From Acidobacteriota bacterium (GTDB taxonomy: Bacteria; Acidobacteriota; UBA890; WLXD01), in assembly GCA_965205505.1 (NCBI GenBank), contig CBDBHB010000009.1, positions 1,568,001 through 1,632,000 of the forward strand: a stretch of DNA of 64,000 bases. The letters run 5' to 3'. Within the stretch, counting starts at the first letter, position 1. The number at the start of each line of letters is the position of its first letter. Under the pieces are notes generated by a model. It was not told the origin of the DNA. It ran no database searches and worked only from the letters and a program-made list of their open reading frames with translations. Of the stretch, positions 1 to 10,120 are shown one piece after another. A program made the translations under genes and the position numbers.

Positions 1-2
1 TC

Positions 3-1715
3 GTCCAGCAGAACCAGGGCTACGTCAGCCTGGACTCGGAGGCCTGGGTCGGTGGCATCCTCGGCGTGCCGCGATCCCAGGTGCACGAGGCGGTCACGTT
101 CTACAACATGTTTCACACGCAGCCGGTTGGCCGTCGCGAGCTTCGGGTATGCACGAGCCTCCCTTGCCTGCTGCGCGGCGGCGGCGAGCTTCTCGAGCGC
201 ATCGAGGAGAAGCTGGGCATCAAGCCAGGCGAGACGACTGCCGACGGGGCGGTCACGCTTACCGAGACCGAGTGCCTGTGCGCCTGCGAGATGGCGCCGA
301 TGGCGCAGCTTGATGAGAGATTCGTCGGGCCGCTGGAGGGCTCCACGGTCGACGACATACTCCAGGATGCGCGCACCGCGCCCGGCTCACCGGAAGTAAC
401 GCCGGAACCGTCGCCCTACGTCTGTTCCGACGGGCCGATCCTGTCGAAGCGCTTCGGCAACCCCGAGGGAACCTGGTTCGACGACTTCGTGGCCGACGAG
501 GGATATGTCGCAGCCAGGAAGGTACTGAGCTCGATGACGCCGGAGCAGGTGATCGAGGAGGTCTCCAAGCCGAGCCTACGTGGCCTCGGTGGTGCCGGGT
601 TCCCGACTGGCAGGAAGTGGTCGTTTGTCCCGAAGGAGACCGACAAGCCGAAGTACCTGGTGGTCAACGCCGACGAAGGTGAGCCGGGCACCTTCAAAGA
701 CCGCTACATCATGGAGCGCGACCCGCACAATCTGCTCGAAGGGATGATCATCGCCGCCTACGCCATCGGCTGCCATAAGGCCTACATTTACATTCGCGGC
801 GAGTACTTCGAGTCAGCCCACCGCATGCGCCGCGCGATTGAAGAGGCCCGCGAGCAGGGCTGGCTCGGCAAGGACATGCAGGGCAGCGGCTTCGACCTCG
901 ACGTGGTGGTGCACGCAGGAGCCGGAGCCTACATCTGCGGCGAGGAGACCGCGCTGCTGACCTCGCTCGAGGGCGGCAAGGGTTTCCCCAAGCTCAAGCC
1001 ACCGTTTCCGGCGATCGAAGGCCTTTTCGCCTGCCCGACGATCGTCAACAACGTCGAGACCCTCGCCTGTGTGCCCTTCATCCTCCGTGAGGGCGCCGAT
1101 CGCTTTGCCGCCATCGGCACGGAGCGCCAGGGTGGTACGCGGCTGTTCTGCGTAAGCGGCCACGTCGTGCGGCCGGGAGTTTACGAGGCGTCGGTAAGCG
1201 TGACGCTTCGCGAGCTCATCGAGAACGAGGAGTATGCCGGCGGCGTTAGCGGCGGCAACAGGCTCAAGGCCGTCATCCCTGGCGGCATCTCGGCAAAGAT
1301 TCTCACTGCCGAGGAAATCGATGTGGCCATGGACTTCGACTCGCTGATGGCCGCGGGCACGATGGCCGGCTCCGGCGGCGTCATCGTCATGGACCACACC
1401 ACCTCGATGGTCGATGCGCTCGAGTCCGCTTCGAAGTTCTTCGCCGACGAATCCTGTGGACAGTGCTCGCCGTGCCGTGAGGGCACCGGCTGGGTGCACC
1501 GCATCATGCGGCGAATCGTCGCCAACGAAGGCGATATCCAGGACCTCGACAACATGTTGACCATTGCCGGCGAGATGGAGGGGAAGACCATCTGCGTATT
1601 CGCCGACGCCGCTGCCTGGCCGGTGCAGTCGTACATCGGCAAGTTCCGGGACGAGTTCGAGGAGTTTGTCCGTAGCGGCCGCAAGGCCGAGAGTGTGGAG
1701 GCGGTGAATGCCTAA
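3..1715 (+). CDS. nuoF: NADH:quinone oxidoreductase NuoE-NuoF fusion (5' truncated by window edge)
   Basis: Frame open from nt 3. NuoE [2Fe-2S] motifs CTSLPC...CLCAC, then NuoF motifs GLGGAGFPTG, NADEGEPG, YICGEETAL, CGQCSPCREG. Confidence 0.93.
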   Translation, partial: VQQNQGYVSLDSEAWVGGILGVPRSQVHEAVTFYNMFHTQPVGRRELRVCTSLPCLLRGGGELLERIEEKLGIKPGETTADGAVTLTETECLCACEMAPMAQLDERFVGPLEGSTVDDILQDARTAPGSPEVTPEPSPYVCSDGPILSKRFGNPEGTWFDDFVADEGYVAARKVLSSMTPEQVIEEVSKPSLRGLGGAGFPTGRKWSFVPKETDKPKYLVVNADEGEPGTFKDRYIMERDPHNLLEGMIIAAYAIGCHKAYIYIRGEYFESAHRMRRAIEEAREQGWLGKDMQGSGFDLDVVVHAGAGAYICGEETALLTSLEGGKGFPKLKPPFPAIEGLFACPTIVNNVETLACVPFILREGADRFAAIGTERQGGTRLFCVSGHVVRPGVYEASVSVTLRELIENEEYAGGVSGGNRLKAVIPGGISAKILTAEEIDVAMDFDSLMAAGTMAGSGGVIVMDHTTSMVDALESASKFFADESCGQCSPCREGTGWVHRIMRRIVANEGDIQDLDNMLTIAGEMEGKTICVFADAAAWPVQSYIGKFRDEFEEFVRSGRKAESVEAVNA

Positions 1716-3315
1716 GCTCACCATCGACGACCGCGAGATCGAGGTCGCCGAGGGAACCATGGTCATCCAGGCCGCGGAGCAGCTCGGGATCTTCGTCCCG
1801 CGCTACTGCTATCACCCGGGCCTCTCGATCGCGGGCAACTGTCGTATCTGTCTGGTGGAAGTCGAGAAGAACCCCAAGCTGCAGATCGCGTGCAATCTGC
1901 CGGCCACCGAGGGGATGGTCGTGCACACGCAGAACGAGCGGGCGGAGGACGGTCGGCGGTCGGTTCTGGAGTTCTTGCTTGCCAATCACCCGCTCGATTG
2001 TCCCGTCTGTGACCAGTCGGGCGAGTGTGACCTGCAGAACTTCTACATGAACTTCGGGCTCTACAGCCCGCTGTTCCGCGAGCACAAGGTCAAGAAGCAG
2101 AAGGCAGTAGAGCTCGGCCCGCATGTGATGCTCGATCAGGAACGCTGCATCCTGTGCTCCCGATGTGTGCGTTTCACCGACGAGATCACCGAGACTCACG
2201 AGTTCGGCATCTTCAACCGCGGCGACCGCGCGCAGCTGGCCATCTATCCGGGCGCCACGCTCGACAACGACTACTCTGCCAACGTCGTTGATATCTGCCC
2301 GGTGGGCGCGCTCACCGAAACCGACTTCCGTTTCAAGGCCCGCGTCTGGTACCTCTCGAGCGCCCCTACGGTGTGCAATGGCTGCAGTCGCGGATGCAAC
2401 ATCGACATGCACTTCGTTCTCGACCGGCCACACTTGAACGACGGCGCCCGCATGGCTCGCGTCAAGCCGCGCTACAACGCCGACGTCAACGAGTGGTGGC
2501 TGTGCGACGAAGGCCGCTACGGCCTCGGCTGGTTGGATCACGAGCGCCTCGACCTGGTGCGCGGGCCCGCCGGTGACTCCACCTGGGAGCAGGCTATGGA
2601 GACGATCTCGTCACGGCTCGGTGGCGACGGCGCCCGCCTGGGCGTGATCGCCTCCGCGCAACTGACCAATGAGGAGCTCTTCCTGATCCGGGAGGTGTTC
2701 CAGGGGGCGCAAATCAGCGCCAACGTTCCTGAGCAGCCTGGCTCTTCGGACGACTTCCTCATCAAGGCCGACAAGAACCCGAACACGCTCGGGGCGACGA
2801 TGCTCGGCCTCGCTGGCTCCGAAGCGCCAGAAGCCGGGCAGATCCTGGACGAGGCGCTGGCCGGAAACCTGGACGCTATCTGGGTCTTCGGGCACGATCT
2901 GGTGGACCTTTTCGGCGAGGAAAAGGCACTTGAGCTGGCCAACAAGGTCGATCTCCTGGTCTTTTCCGGGACGAACGAGAACGCCACGGCGTCGCTCGCC
3001 CACTGGACACTGCCGACTGCCGGCTACGTCGAGAAGGATGGGACGTTCGTCAACTGCGAGGGTCGCGTCCAGCGAGTCGGTCGGGTGATGCCGCCCTACG
3101 GGCGCTCGCAGGAGGACTGGCGCCTGCTCTTGAAGCTCGCGGAGTTGCTCGGTCGACCGCTCGATTGGGCGAAACCCGAAGAGATCTTCGCGGCGCTTGC
3201 CGAGGCCGAAGCGCCCTTCGCCGGGCTGAGCTACGAAGCCATCGGAGTTGAAGGTGCCGCGATCGCGCCCAACAGCCCGCCGCCAGGGCCGCGAGCAGAG
3301 ACGGCAACACTGTGA
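1708..3315 (+). CDS. nuoG: NADH:quinone oxidoreductase subunit G (short form, 535 aa)
   Basis: CYHPGLSIAGNCRIC, HPLDCPVCDQSGEC, CILCSRCVRF, DICPVGAL; molybdopterin-oxidoreductase-like C-terminus. Confidence 0.92.
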   Translation: MPKLTIDDREIEVAEGTMVIQAAEQLGIFVPRYCYHPGLSIAGNCRICLVEVEKNPKLQIACNLPATEGMVVHTQNERAEDGRRSVLEFLLANHPLDCPVCDQSGECDLQNFYMNFGLYSPLFREHKVKKQKAVELGPHVMLDQERCILCSRCVRFTDEITETHEFGIFNRGDRAQLAIYPGATLDNDYSANVVDICPVGALTETDFRFKARVWYLSSAPTVCNGCSRGCNIDMHFVLDRPHLNDGARMARVKPRYNADVNEWWLCDEGRYGLGWLDHERLDLVRGPAGDSTWEQAMETISSRLGGDGARLGVIASAQLTNEELFLIREVFQGAQISANVPEQPGSSDDFLIKADKNPNTLGATMLGLAGSEAPEAGQILDEALAGNLDAIWVFGHDLVDLFGEEKALELANKVDLLVFSGTNENATASLAHWTLPTAGYVEKDGTFVNCEGRVQRVGRVMPPYGRSQEDWRLLLKLAELLGRPLDWAKPEEIFAALAEAEAPFAGLSYEAIGVEGAAIAPNSPPPGPRAETATL

Positions 3316-4406
3316 TCGAAGCGCTCCTCATCAAGCTGACGCTGGCCGGGATCGTGCTCTTCGGCGTGATCAACTTCGCCGGCCTGCACACCTGGGTGGA
3401 GCGTAAGCAATCGGCGCTGATCCAGGATCGGATCGGGGCCAACCGCGCCCCCATCTTCGGCTTTCGCGCGCTGGGTCTGTTTCACGGCATCGCCGACGCC
3501 ATCAAGATGTTCACCAAGGAAGACATCGTTCCGACCGGCGCCAACAAGACGCTCCATACCCTGGCGCCATTCTTCTCGGTATTCTTCGCCCTGGTGGCCT
3601 TCGCGGCGATCCCGTTCGGGGACCGGCTGGTATGGGGAGATCTGGTCATCGATCTGCAGGTGGCCAACATCAACGCCGCGTTACTCTACGTGTTTGCCAT
3701 GCTTTCGATGGGCGTCTATGGCGTCATCCTTGCCGGCTTCGCCTCCCGCAACAACTACGCGATCATGGGGGGTTTGCGCGCCACTGCGCAGATGATCTCC
3801 TACGAGATCGCACTGGGCATGGCCATCCTCGGCGTGATCATGGTCTACGGAACCATGAACCTGTCTGAGCTGGTTCGCGCCCAGGGGCAGATGGTCGGTG
3901 GCTGGATACCGCTGTGGGGAATCGTCACCCAACCGGTGGCCTTCTTCATCTTCGTGACCGCGGCGCTGGCGGAGACCAAGCGGTTGCCCTTCGATCTTCC
4001 CGAAGGTGAGTCGGAGATCATCGGCTACTTCGTCGAATACAGCGGCATGAAGTTCGGGATGTTCTTCCTTACGGACTTCCTTGAGACCATCATGGTCGCT
4101 TGCCTTACGACGACGCTGTTTTTCGGTGGCTGGCAGGTACCGTTTCTCACGCCGGAGGGATTCCAGTTCCCCTGGGGCGCGCAGATCCCGTTGACCAACC
4201 TCGTCTACGTCCTGCTTGGGGTGGCGAGCTTCACGATCAAGGTGGTGGCCTTTTCCTGGCTGTTCATGCAACTACGCTGGACCTTGCCGCGCTTCCGCTA
4301 CGATCAGCTCATGGGCCTGGGCTGGAAGGGGCTGTTCCCGGTCGCGGTGGTCAACGTCGTGGTGACGGCCCTGGTGCTGCTGTTCTTTGCAGAGGGGACC
4401 TCGTGA
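3312..4406 (+). CDS. nuoH: NADH:quinone oxidoreductase subunit H
   Basis: ERK..A.IQDRIG, AQMISYE, AETKRLPFDLPEGESE, PRFRYDQLM; multiple TM helices. Confidence 0.95.
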   Translation: MIEALLIKLTLAGIVLFGVINFAGLHTWVERKQSALIQDRIGANRAPIFGFRALGLFHGIADAIKMFTKEDIVPTGANKTLHTLAPFFSVFFALVAFAAIPFGDRLVWGDLVIDLQVANINAALLYVFAMLSMGVYGVILAGFASRNNYAIMGGLRATAQMISYEIALGMAILGVIMVYGTMNLSELVRAQGQMVGGWIPLWGIVTQPVAFFIFVTAALAETKRLPFDLPEGESEIIGYFVEYSGMKFGMFFLTDFLETIMVACLTTTLFFGGWQVPFLTPEGFQFPWGAQIPLTNLVYVLLGVASFTIKVVAFSWLFMQLRWTLPRFRYDQLMGLGWKGLFPVAVVNVVVTALVLLFFAEGTS

Positions 4407-5020
4407 CTGTAAAAGTCGTCCAAAGACGCGAGCTGACATTCTGGGAGAACCTCTACATCCCGCAGATCATCTCCGGCCTGAGAATCACCTCAAAGCACTT
4501 CTTCCGTAACCTCTTTCTGCACATCGCCCACCGGGTAGGGCGTCTCAAGCACATCCGCGCCGCCGCCACGTACCAGTATCCCGAGGAGCTCCGGCCTCTC
4601 ATGTCGAGGTACCGTAGCCGGCACCGGCTTACCGTGCGCGACGACGGCACGCCGCGGTGCGTGGGGTGCATGCTCTGCGAGACGGTTTGCCCGGCTATGT
4701 GCATCACCATTGTGCCCGGAGAGCATCCAGATCCGAACGTGGAAAAGTACCCGGTACGCTTCGACATCGATCTGGGTGTCTGCGTTTATTGCGGGTATTG
4801 CGTCGAAGTCTGCCCCGAAGACGCGATCCGAATGGACACCGGAATCCTGGATCTCGCGGCGTACTCCAGGGAGGCGATGCGACTCGACATCCACGAGCTG
4901 ATGGACCCGGCACTGCGCAAGCCAATCGGCGACTGCAGCCTGGAGTTCCCCCACAAGTGCTCGCTGACCGAGGGCGGCATGAAGGGCAGCTGGGCTGGCG
5001 CGGGCGTCGATGTCTCATAG
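4403..5020 (+). CDS. nuoI: NADH:quinone oxidoreductase subunit I
   Basis: GTG overlaps the nuoH stop; QYPEE and two 4Fe-4S motifs (CVGCMLCETVCP, CVYCGYCVEVCP). Confidence 0.9.
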   Translation: MTVKVVQRRELTFWENLYIPQIISGLRITSKHFFRNLFLHIAHRVGRLKHIRAAATYQYPEELRPLMSRYRSRHRLTVRDDGTPRCVGCMLCETVCPAMCITIVPGEHPDPNVEKYPVRFDIDLGVCVYCGYCVEVCPEDAIRMDTGILDLAAYSREAMRLDIHELMDPALRKPIGDCSLEFPHKCSLTEGGMKGSWAGAGVDVS

Positions 5021-5026
5021 ACGACC

Positions 5027-6148
5027 GTGTTCCGCGCCCTCTGCCGATCGCCTGCCCCGGCAAAGTCCGCACGCGCAGGCTTGATTTCGCTGGCGGGTAA
5101 CGGCGTCGCCGTCGTCGCCGCCCGCATAGCCGTGTTGATCTTGCTCGGCGATGCTTGCGCGCCCACAACCGAGCCCGGAACGGGCGTGCTGCTGAGCGGG
5201 CCCACGATGGGGACGCGCTACAGCGTGCGCGTGGACGATGCCGGCGCGACTGCTGAAGAGGCCGCCATCGGTGCTCTGATCGACGCCACGCTCGAACGGA
5301 TCGACCGCAAGATGTCGACCTATCGGGCGGATTCCGAGATCTCCGAGCTCAACCGCGCCCCGGCGAACCAACCGATCGCGTTGTCGCCGGAAACCGTCGG
5401 CGTGCTATCGGCCGCCATCGACCTGGCGGCCGACTCCGGCGGTGCCTTCGACGTCACCGCCGGTCCGCTTATCAACGCTTGGGGCTTCGGCCCGTCGGGC
5501 CGCGTCGACGCGCCACCTTCAGACCGCTTGCTCGCCAGTGCCCTGCGTCATGTGGGCACCGACAAGATCGCCGTGGATGTGGCCGCCGGTACGGCGACCA
5601 AGCTCGATGCCGACGCGTACGTGGATCTATCCGGCATCGCCAAAGGCTACGCGGTCGACGCGGTAGTCGCCGCCTTGGCCACGGCAGGCTGGCGGCACAC
5701 GATGGTCGAGGTTGGCGGTGAGGTGCGGGCGAGCGGGCGCACCGCCTTCGGGCGCAGCTGGCGCATCGCCATCGAACAGCCTGACCTGGGCGCCGGGTCG
5801 GATCCGCCCCTCGCGCCGCTCGCCGTGGCGCTGGTCGATGGCGCGCTGGCGACATCGGCCAACTACCGCAACTTCTATTTCCTCGGCGACACCCCGGTAG
5901 GACATACGATCGATCCCCGGACCGGTCGCCCGGTGGCACACGATGGGGCTTCCGTTTCGGTGATGGCGGCGGATTGCATGACTGCGGACTCGCTGGCAAC
6001 CGCGCTCATGGTGTTGGGCCCTGACGAAGGACTCGACTGGGCGACCCAGCGCGATGTTGCTGCCGTGTTCGTGGTTCGCACAGGCGCCGTCTTCGAAAGG
6101 CGCGCGACGCCGGCGTTCAAGCGTCAGGCAGGCGTCGCGATACGATAA
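5027..6148 (+). CDS. apbE: FAD:protein FMN transferase ApbE
   Basis: TMGT, FDVT.GPL...WGF, DLSGIAKGYAVD, ATSANYR, HTIDPRTG, ADSLATAL; start uncertain. Confidence 0.9.
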   Translation: MFRALCRSPAPAKSARAGLISLAGNGVAVVAARIAVLILLGDACAPTTEPGTGVLLSGPTMGTRYSVRVDDAGATAEEAAIGALIDATLERIDRKMSTYRADSEISELNRAPANQPIALSPETVGVLSAAIDLAADSGGAFDVTAGPLINAWGFGPSGRVDAPPSDRLLASALRHVGTDKIAVDVAAGTATKLDADAYVDLSGIAKGYAVDAVVAALATAGWRHTMVEVGGEVRASGRTAFGRSWRIAIEQPDLGAGSDPPLAPLAVALVDGALATSANYRNFYFLGDTPVGHTIDPRTGRPVAHDGASVSVMAADCMTADSLATALMVLGPDEGLDWATQRDVAAVFVVRTGAVFERRATPAFKRQAGVAIR

Positions 6149-6167
6149 GGCACGACGAGGTGGGAGC

Positions 6168-6542
6168 GTGAGGGGCTCAGGCAAGTCGGCCCGCCGCGAT
6201 GGCGGCCTAGTGTACTCGACGGCGCACGGACAGATGTGCCCGCGCTGCGGCCAGCCGACGATTCGGTGTGCATGCCGGCGATCTGCGGCGCCGCCGAAGG
6301 GCGATGGTGTGGTGCGGGTCATGCGGCAAACGAAAGGGCGCCGCGGCAAGGGGGTGACCTTGATCACCGGAGTCCCGCTCGCGGCGTCGGAGCTCGCCAG
6401 CCTCTGCAAGGCGCTGAAACGCAAGTGTGGCTCCGGGGGTACCGTCAAGGACGGGACGATCGAGATTCAAGGGGACCATCGAGATTCCCTGGTAGTCGAG
6501 CTCGAACGGCGCGGCTGGGTGGTCAAGCGGGCAGGTGGATGT
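6168..6542 (+). CDS. yciH: SUI1/eIF1-like protein YciH (expected stop codon absent; reads through in frame)
   Basis: GLVYST, KGRRGKGVTLI, LKRKCGSGGTVKDGTIEIQGDHR, VKRAGG; TGT lies where TGA is expected. Confidence 0.85.
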
Positions 6543-6569
6543 GAAGCGGCCGATGGCCGAGGAGGTCGA

Positions 6570-8030
6570 GTGAAAGGCATATCTCTGCTGCTTGCCGCGG
6601 TTACGGTCGCCAGCTGTGCGCCGGCCCCCGTAACCACGGACACGACGGTGTTCCGCCACGTCAATGTCATCGACGTCGCTGATGGACTGCGGCCGAACAT
6701 GGTGGTTCGGGTGGCCGCTGGCCGCATCATCGAGGTTGCCGCGGAAACTGACGAGACCTCGGTGGACGGTGCGCGCGTCGTTGACGGCGAGGGCCGCTAC
6801 CTCATTCCGGGACTCTGGGACGCACATGTTCACTTGACGTTTACCCCGGAGCTCGAGGCGGCGATGTTCCCGCTGTTCCTCGCCAATGGGGTCACCAGTG
6901 TCCGTGATACCGGCGGATTGCTCGAAAAAGTGCTGCCGTGGCGCCAGCGGGTGCGGGAGGCCGCGGGTGCGGCGCCGCGCGTGTTCGTTGCCGGCCCCTT
7001 GGTGGACGGCGTGCCACGTGTGTACGACGGAGGTACGCCTTCCCGGCCCGAGCTAGCGATTGGCGTGGGCACGGTCGAAGAGGGAGAGCGTGCGGTGGAC
7101 GAGCTGGTCGCAGTGGGCGTCGACCTGGTGAAGGCGTACGAGATGCTCGATCCCGACGTGTACCGAGCCATCGTGGCATGGGCCAGCCTCCACGGGCTGC
7201 CGGTGACCGGACACGTGCCCTTGAGCATGGACGCTGGCGACGCCGCGATTGCTGGCCTCCGCAGCCTGGAGCATCTACGCAATCTCGAGCTGGCGTGTTC
7301 TTCGGAGGCGGAGGCGATGCTGTCCGCACGCCGCGAGATGTTGGCGGCAGGGGTGGAAGCGAGTGGCGGCGCGCTTCGCGGCAGCATCCATGCGGCGCAA
7401 CGGACCCGTGCCGTGGCGACGTACGATGCCGACCGCTGCGCCTGGGTGATCGAGCGCCTGGGGGCCAGCGACACCCGGCAGGTCCCGACGCTGACGATCG
7501 TGACACCGCGCGTGACGCGGCTGTTCGCGCGGCCCTCCTGGCGCCAAACCTTCCGTTATCTGCCGGAACCGGTGCGCACCGCGTGGATCCGGAATGCTAC
7601 CGCCATGGCCGACGAGCAGCCCGACGCGCCGGCGCTAGCACACGCGCAATGGGCCTTCCGGATGGTCGCCCGTTTGCAGGCTGCCGGCATCGGCATCATG
7701 GCGGGTACCGACACACCGATTTTCTTTCTTACGCCTGGGTTCAGCCTGCACGAAGAGTTGGTCCTGCTCGTCGAGGCGGGACTGACGCCACTGCAGGCGC
7801 TGCAAGCGGCAACGCAGCGTCCGGCGCAGTACTTCGGGCTGGAGGACGAGCTCGGCGCGGTCGCGGTCGGCATGCACGCGGACCTCGTGCTGCTCGAAGC
7901 CAACCCCCTCGACGACATTCGCAACACGCAGCGCATCGTGTCGGTGATGGTGGCCGGTCGCCTCTACGACCGCACCGCGCTCGACGGGCTTCTGGCCCAG
8001 CTGGAGTCATCGCCGGAGCAGGGCCAGTGA
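6570..8030 (+). CDS. Amidohydrolase family lipoprotein
   Basis: GGAGG RBS then GTG; lipobox VASC; PGLWDAHVH, AGTD, ADLVLLEANPL. Confidence 0.85.
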   Translation: MKGISLLLAAVTVASCAPAPVTTDTTVFRHVNVIDVADGLRPNMVVRVAAGRIIEVAAETDETSVDGARVVDGEGRYLIPGLWDAHVHLTFTPELEAAMFPLFLANGVTSVRDTGGLLEKVLPWRQRVREAAGAAPRVFVAGPLVDGVPRVYDGGTPSRPELAIGVGTVEEGERAVDELVAVGVDLVKAYEMLDPDVYRAIVAWASLHGLPVTGHVPLSMDAGDAAIAGLRSLEHLRNLELACSSEAEAMLSARREMLAAGVEASGGALRGSIHAAQRTRAVATYDADRCAWVIERLGASDTRQVPTLTIVTPRVTRLFARPSWRQTFRYLPEPVRTAWIRNATAMADEQPDAPALAHAQWAFRMVARLQAAGIGIMAGTDTPIFFLTPGFSLHEELVLLVEAGLTPLQALQAATQRPAQYFGLEDELGAVAVGMHADLVLLEANPLDDIRNTQRIVSVMVAGRLYDRTALDGLLAQLESSPEQGQ

Positions 8031-9880
8031 CCGAAGCTGCTAGCGGACGCGAGGGTCACGACGCCATCGCGGTGGTTGATTTCGGCGGCCAGTACGCGCA
8101 TCTGATCGCCACCAAGGTACGTCGTCAGGGCGTGCTGGCGGAGATCCGTCAGCCCGACGACCCGATCGAGGCGTTCGCTCCCTATCGCGGCATCATCATC
8201 TCCGGCAGCCCCAGCCTCGCCTCGCAAGGCGAGGACTCGGTCTACACGAAGTCGATCTACGACCTCGACGTGCCGCTCCTCGGGCTCTGCTTCGGACACC
8301 AGGAAATCGCCCAGTACTACGGCGGCAAAGTGGCTCACGGCGGACGCCAGTGGGGTCCCGCCCAGCTCCATTTGACCGGCGACCATGCGCTCTTCGCCGG
8401 ACTCGATTCTGTCGAGCCCGTATGGATGAGCCACTACGATTCGGTAACGTCGGTCGGCCCGGAGTTCACCGAGCTCGGCTACAGCAGCACGGTCGACGGC
8501 GCCCCCGGGCACCGTTTCGCGGCCATCGGCTCGGACTCTTTGCGTCGCTACGGATTGCAGTTTCATCCGGAGGTCGACGACACCATCCATGGCGACCGCA
8601 TGCTCGCCAACTTCGTTCTCGGTATCTGCGGCTGCGCGCCTTCGTGGTCGATGGATGGCTACGTCGAGGAGGAGATTGCCCGCATTCGTGCCCAGGTGGG
8701 CGAGCGGGCAGTGTTCCTGCTCGCCTCCGGAGGGGTGGATTCGACCGTTGCCGCGGTGTTGCTGGGGCGGGCGCTGGGCTCGGAGCGGCTGCATTTGTTG
8801 CACATCGACAACGGCCTCATGCGCCTCGACGAGAGCCGCCAGGTGCTGCAGATGTTCGCCGACCTCGGAATCGATGAGAACCTCAACTTCGTCGATGCCA
8901 GCGCTGTCTTCCTGCGGGCGCTCGAAGGAGTCGTCGAGCCGGAAAACAAGCGTCGCGCCATCGGCGAGACCTTCGTCCAGGTATTCCACTCCGAGGCTGA
9001 GCGTCTCGGCGTCGGCGAGCTATTGCTGGGGCAGGGGACGATCTACCCGGACACCATCGAGACCGGAGGCAGCAAGCGCGCCGATACGATCAAGACGCAC
9101 CACAACCGGGTGCCGATCATCGAGCAGATGATCGCCGAGGGCCGTGTGATCGAGCCGCTCGCGGAGCTGTACAAGACCGAGGTACGTGAGCTCGGGGAAC
9201 GCCTTGTCGTGCCCCACGCGGCGATCTGGCGGCACCCGTTCCCCGGTCCCGGGCTCGGCGTTCGATTGCTGTGCAGCGATGGCCGCGAAGATGCTCTGGA
9301 GCCCGATGTGCAGGCCGACGTGCTGCGCGAGATCGGTGACCGTTTTGGCCTCGATATGCTGGCGTTACCGATACGCTCAGTGGGTGTGAAGGCGGACCTG
9401 CGCGCCTACGAGCATCCGGTGATGTTGACCGGCGCTGTGTCGTGGGAGGACTTGATCAAGGCCACCTCGGAGATCACTGCCGAGGTCCGAGGAATCAACC
9501 GGTGCATCTGGAATCTCGGCACGGACACCCCCACCGGAGCGCGAGCCCTGGCGGCCACCGTGACGCGAGAGCGCCTGGACACGCTGCGCCGGGCTGACCA
9601 CCTGGTGATGGAGACACTACGACGTCACGGCCTGTACGACGAAGTGTGGCAGTGCCCGACGGTGCTGGTCCCGCTGTCGCTGGATTATGGCGACGAGCGC
9701 CAGGGTGAGCTCGTCGTCGTCCGACCGGTGCACTCCCAGCGCGCCATGACGGCGCGCCCGGTGGAGCTCAGCGCCGCCGTTCTCGACGACCTTCGCCGCG
9801 ATCTCCTGGCCATCCCAGGCGTATCGGGCCTAGCGCTCGATACCACCTCCAAGCCTCCGGGGACGATTGAATGGGAGTGA
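8027..9880 (+). CDS. guaA: GMP synthase (glutamine-hydrolysing)
   Basis: DFGGQY, LGLCFGHQ, QFHPEV, SGGVDS, IKTHHN, HPFPGPGL, SKPPGTIEWE. Confidence 0.95.
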   Translation: MTEAASGREGHDAIAVVDFGGQYAHLIATKVRRQGVLAEIRQPDDPIEAFAPYRGIIISGSPSLASQGEDSVYTKSIYDLDVPLLGLCFGHQEIAQYYGGKVAHGGRQWGPAQLHLTGDHALFAGLDSVEPVWMSHYDSVTSVGPEFTELGYSSTVDGAPGHRFAAIGSDSLRRYGLQFHPEVDDTIHGDRMLANFVLGICGCAPSWSMDGYVEEEIARIRAQVGERAVFLLASGGVDSTVAAVLLGRALGSERLHLLHIDNGLMRLDESRQVLQMFADLGIDENLNFVDASAVFLRALEGVVEPENKRRAIGETFVQVFHSEAERLGVGELLLGQGTIYPDTIETGGSKRADTIKTHHNRVPIIEQMIAEGRVIEPLAELYKTEVRELGERLVVPHAAIWRHPFPGPGLGVRLLCSDGREDALEPDVQADVLREIGDRFGLDMLALPIRSVGVKADLRAYEHPVMLTGAVSWEDLIKATSEITAEVRGINRCIWNLGTDTPTGARALAATVTRERLDTLRRADHLVMETLRRHGLYDEVWQCPTVLVPLSLDYGDERQGELVVVRPVHSQRAMTARPVELSAAVLDDLRRDLLAIPGVSGLALDTTSKPPGTIEWE

Positions 9881-10120
9881 TCGGAGGGGCGCTGGAGCTG
9901 GTTGGGAGGGCGGTTCCGGCCGCCCACGGCCGGTGATGCTCGCCGACACGTCGCAGGCGACCACGGTCATGGCGAGGGCAAACCTTTCGTTCGCCCTTTG
10001 ACCCGGTTGGAGTGCGGGGCGAGGTAGTGGCGCTTATCGCCCGTCCGTCCGGGAGGGCTGCCATTCTGTATGTTGGATCCCACGACCGATCGAATCGACC
10101 GGAATCATGGGAGCACCTCG

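Noticed and set aside
813-2541. Long antisense ORFs opposite nuo genes (and similar ones throughout)
   Set aside because: Expected shadow ORFs of high-GC coding sequence
6938-8026. 363-aa N-terminal extension of GuaA in the ORF track
   Set aside because: Out-of-frame overlap with the amidohydrolase and R/G-rich junk; the real start is GTG 8027
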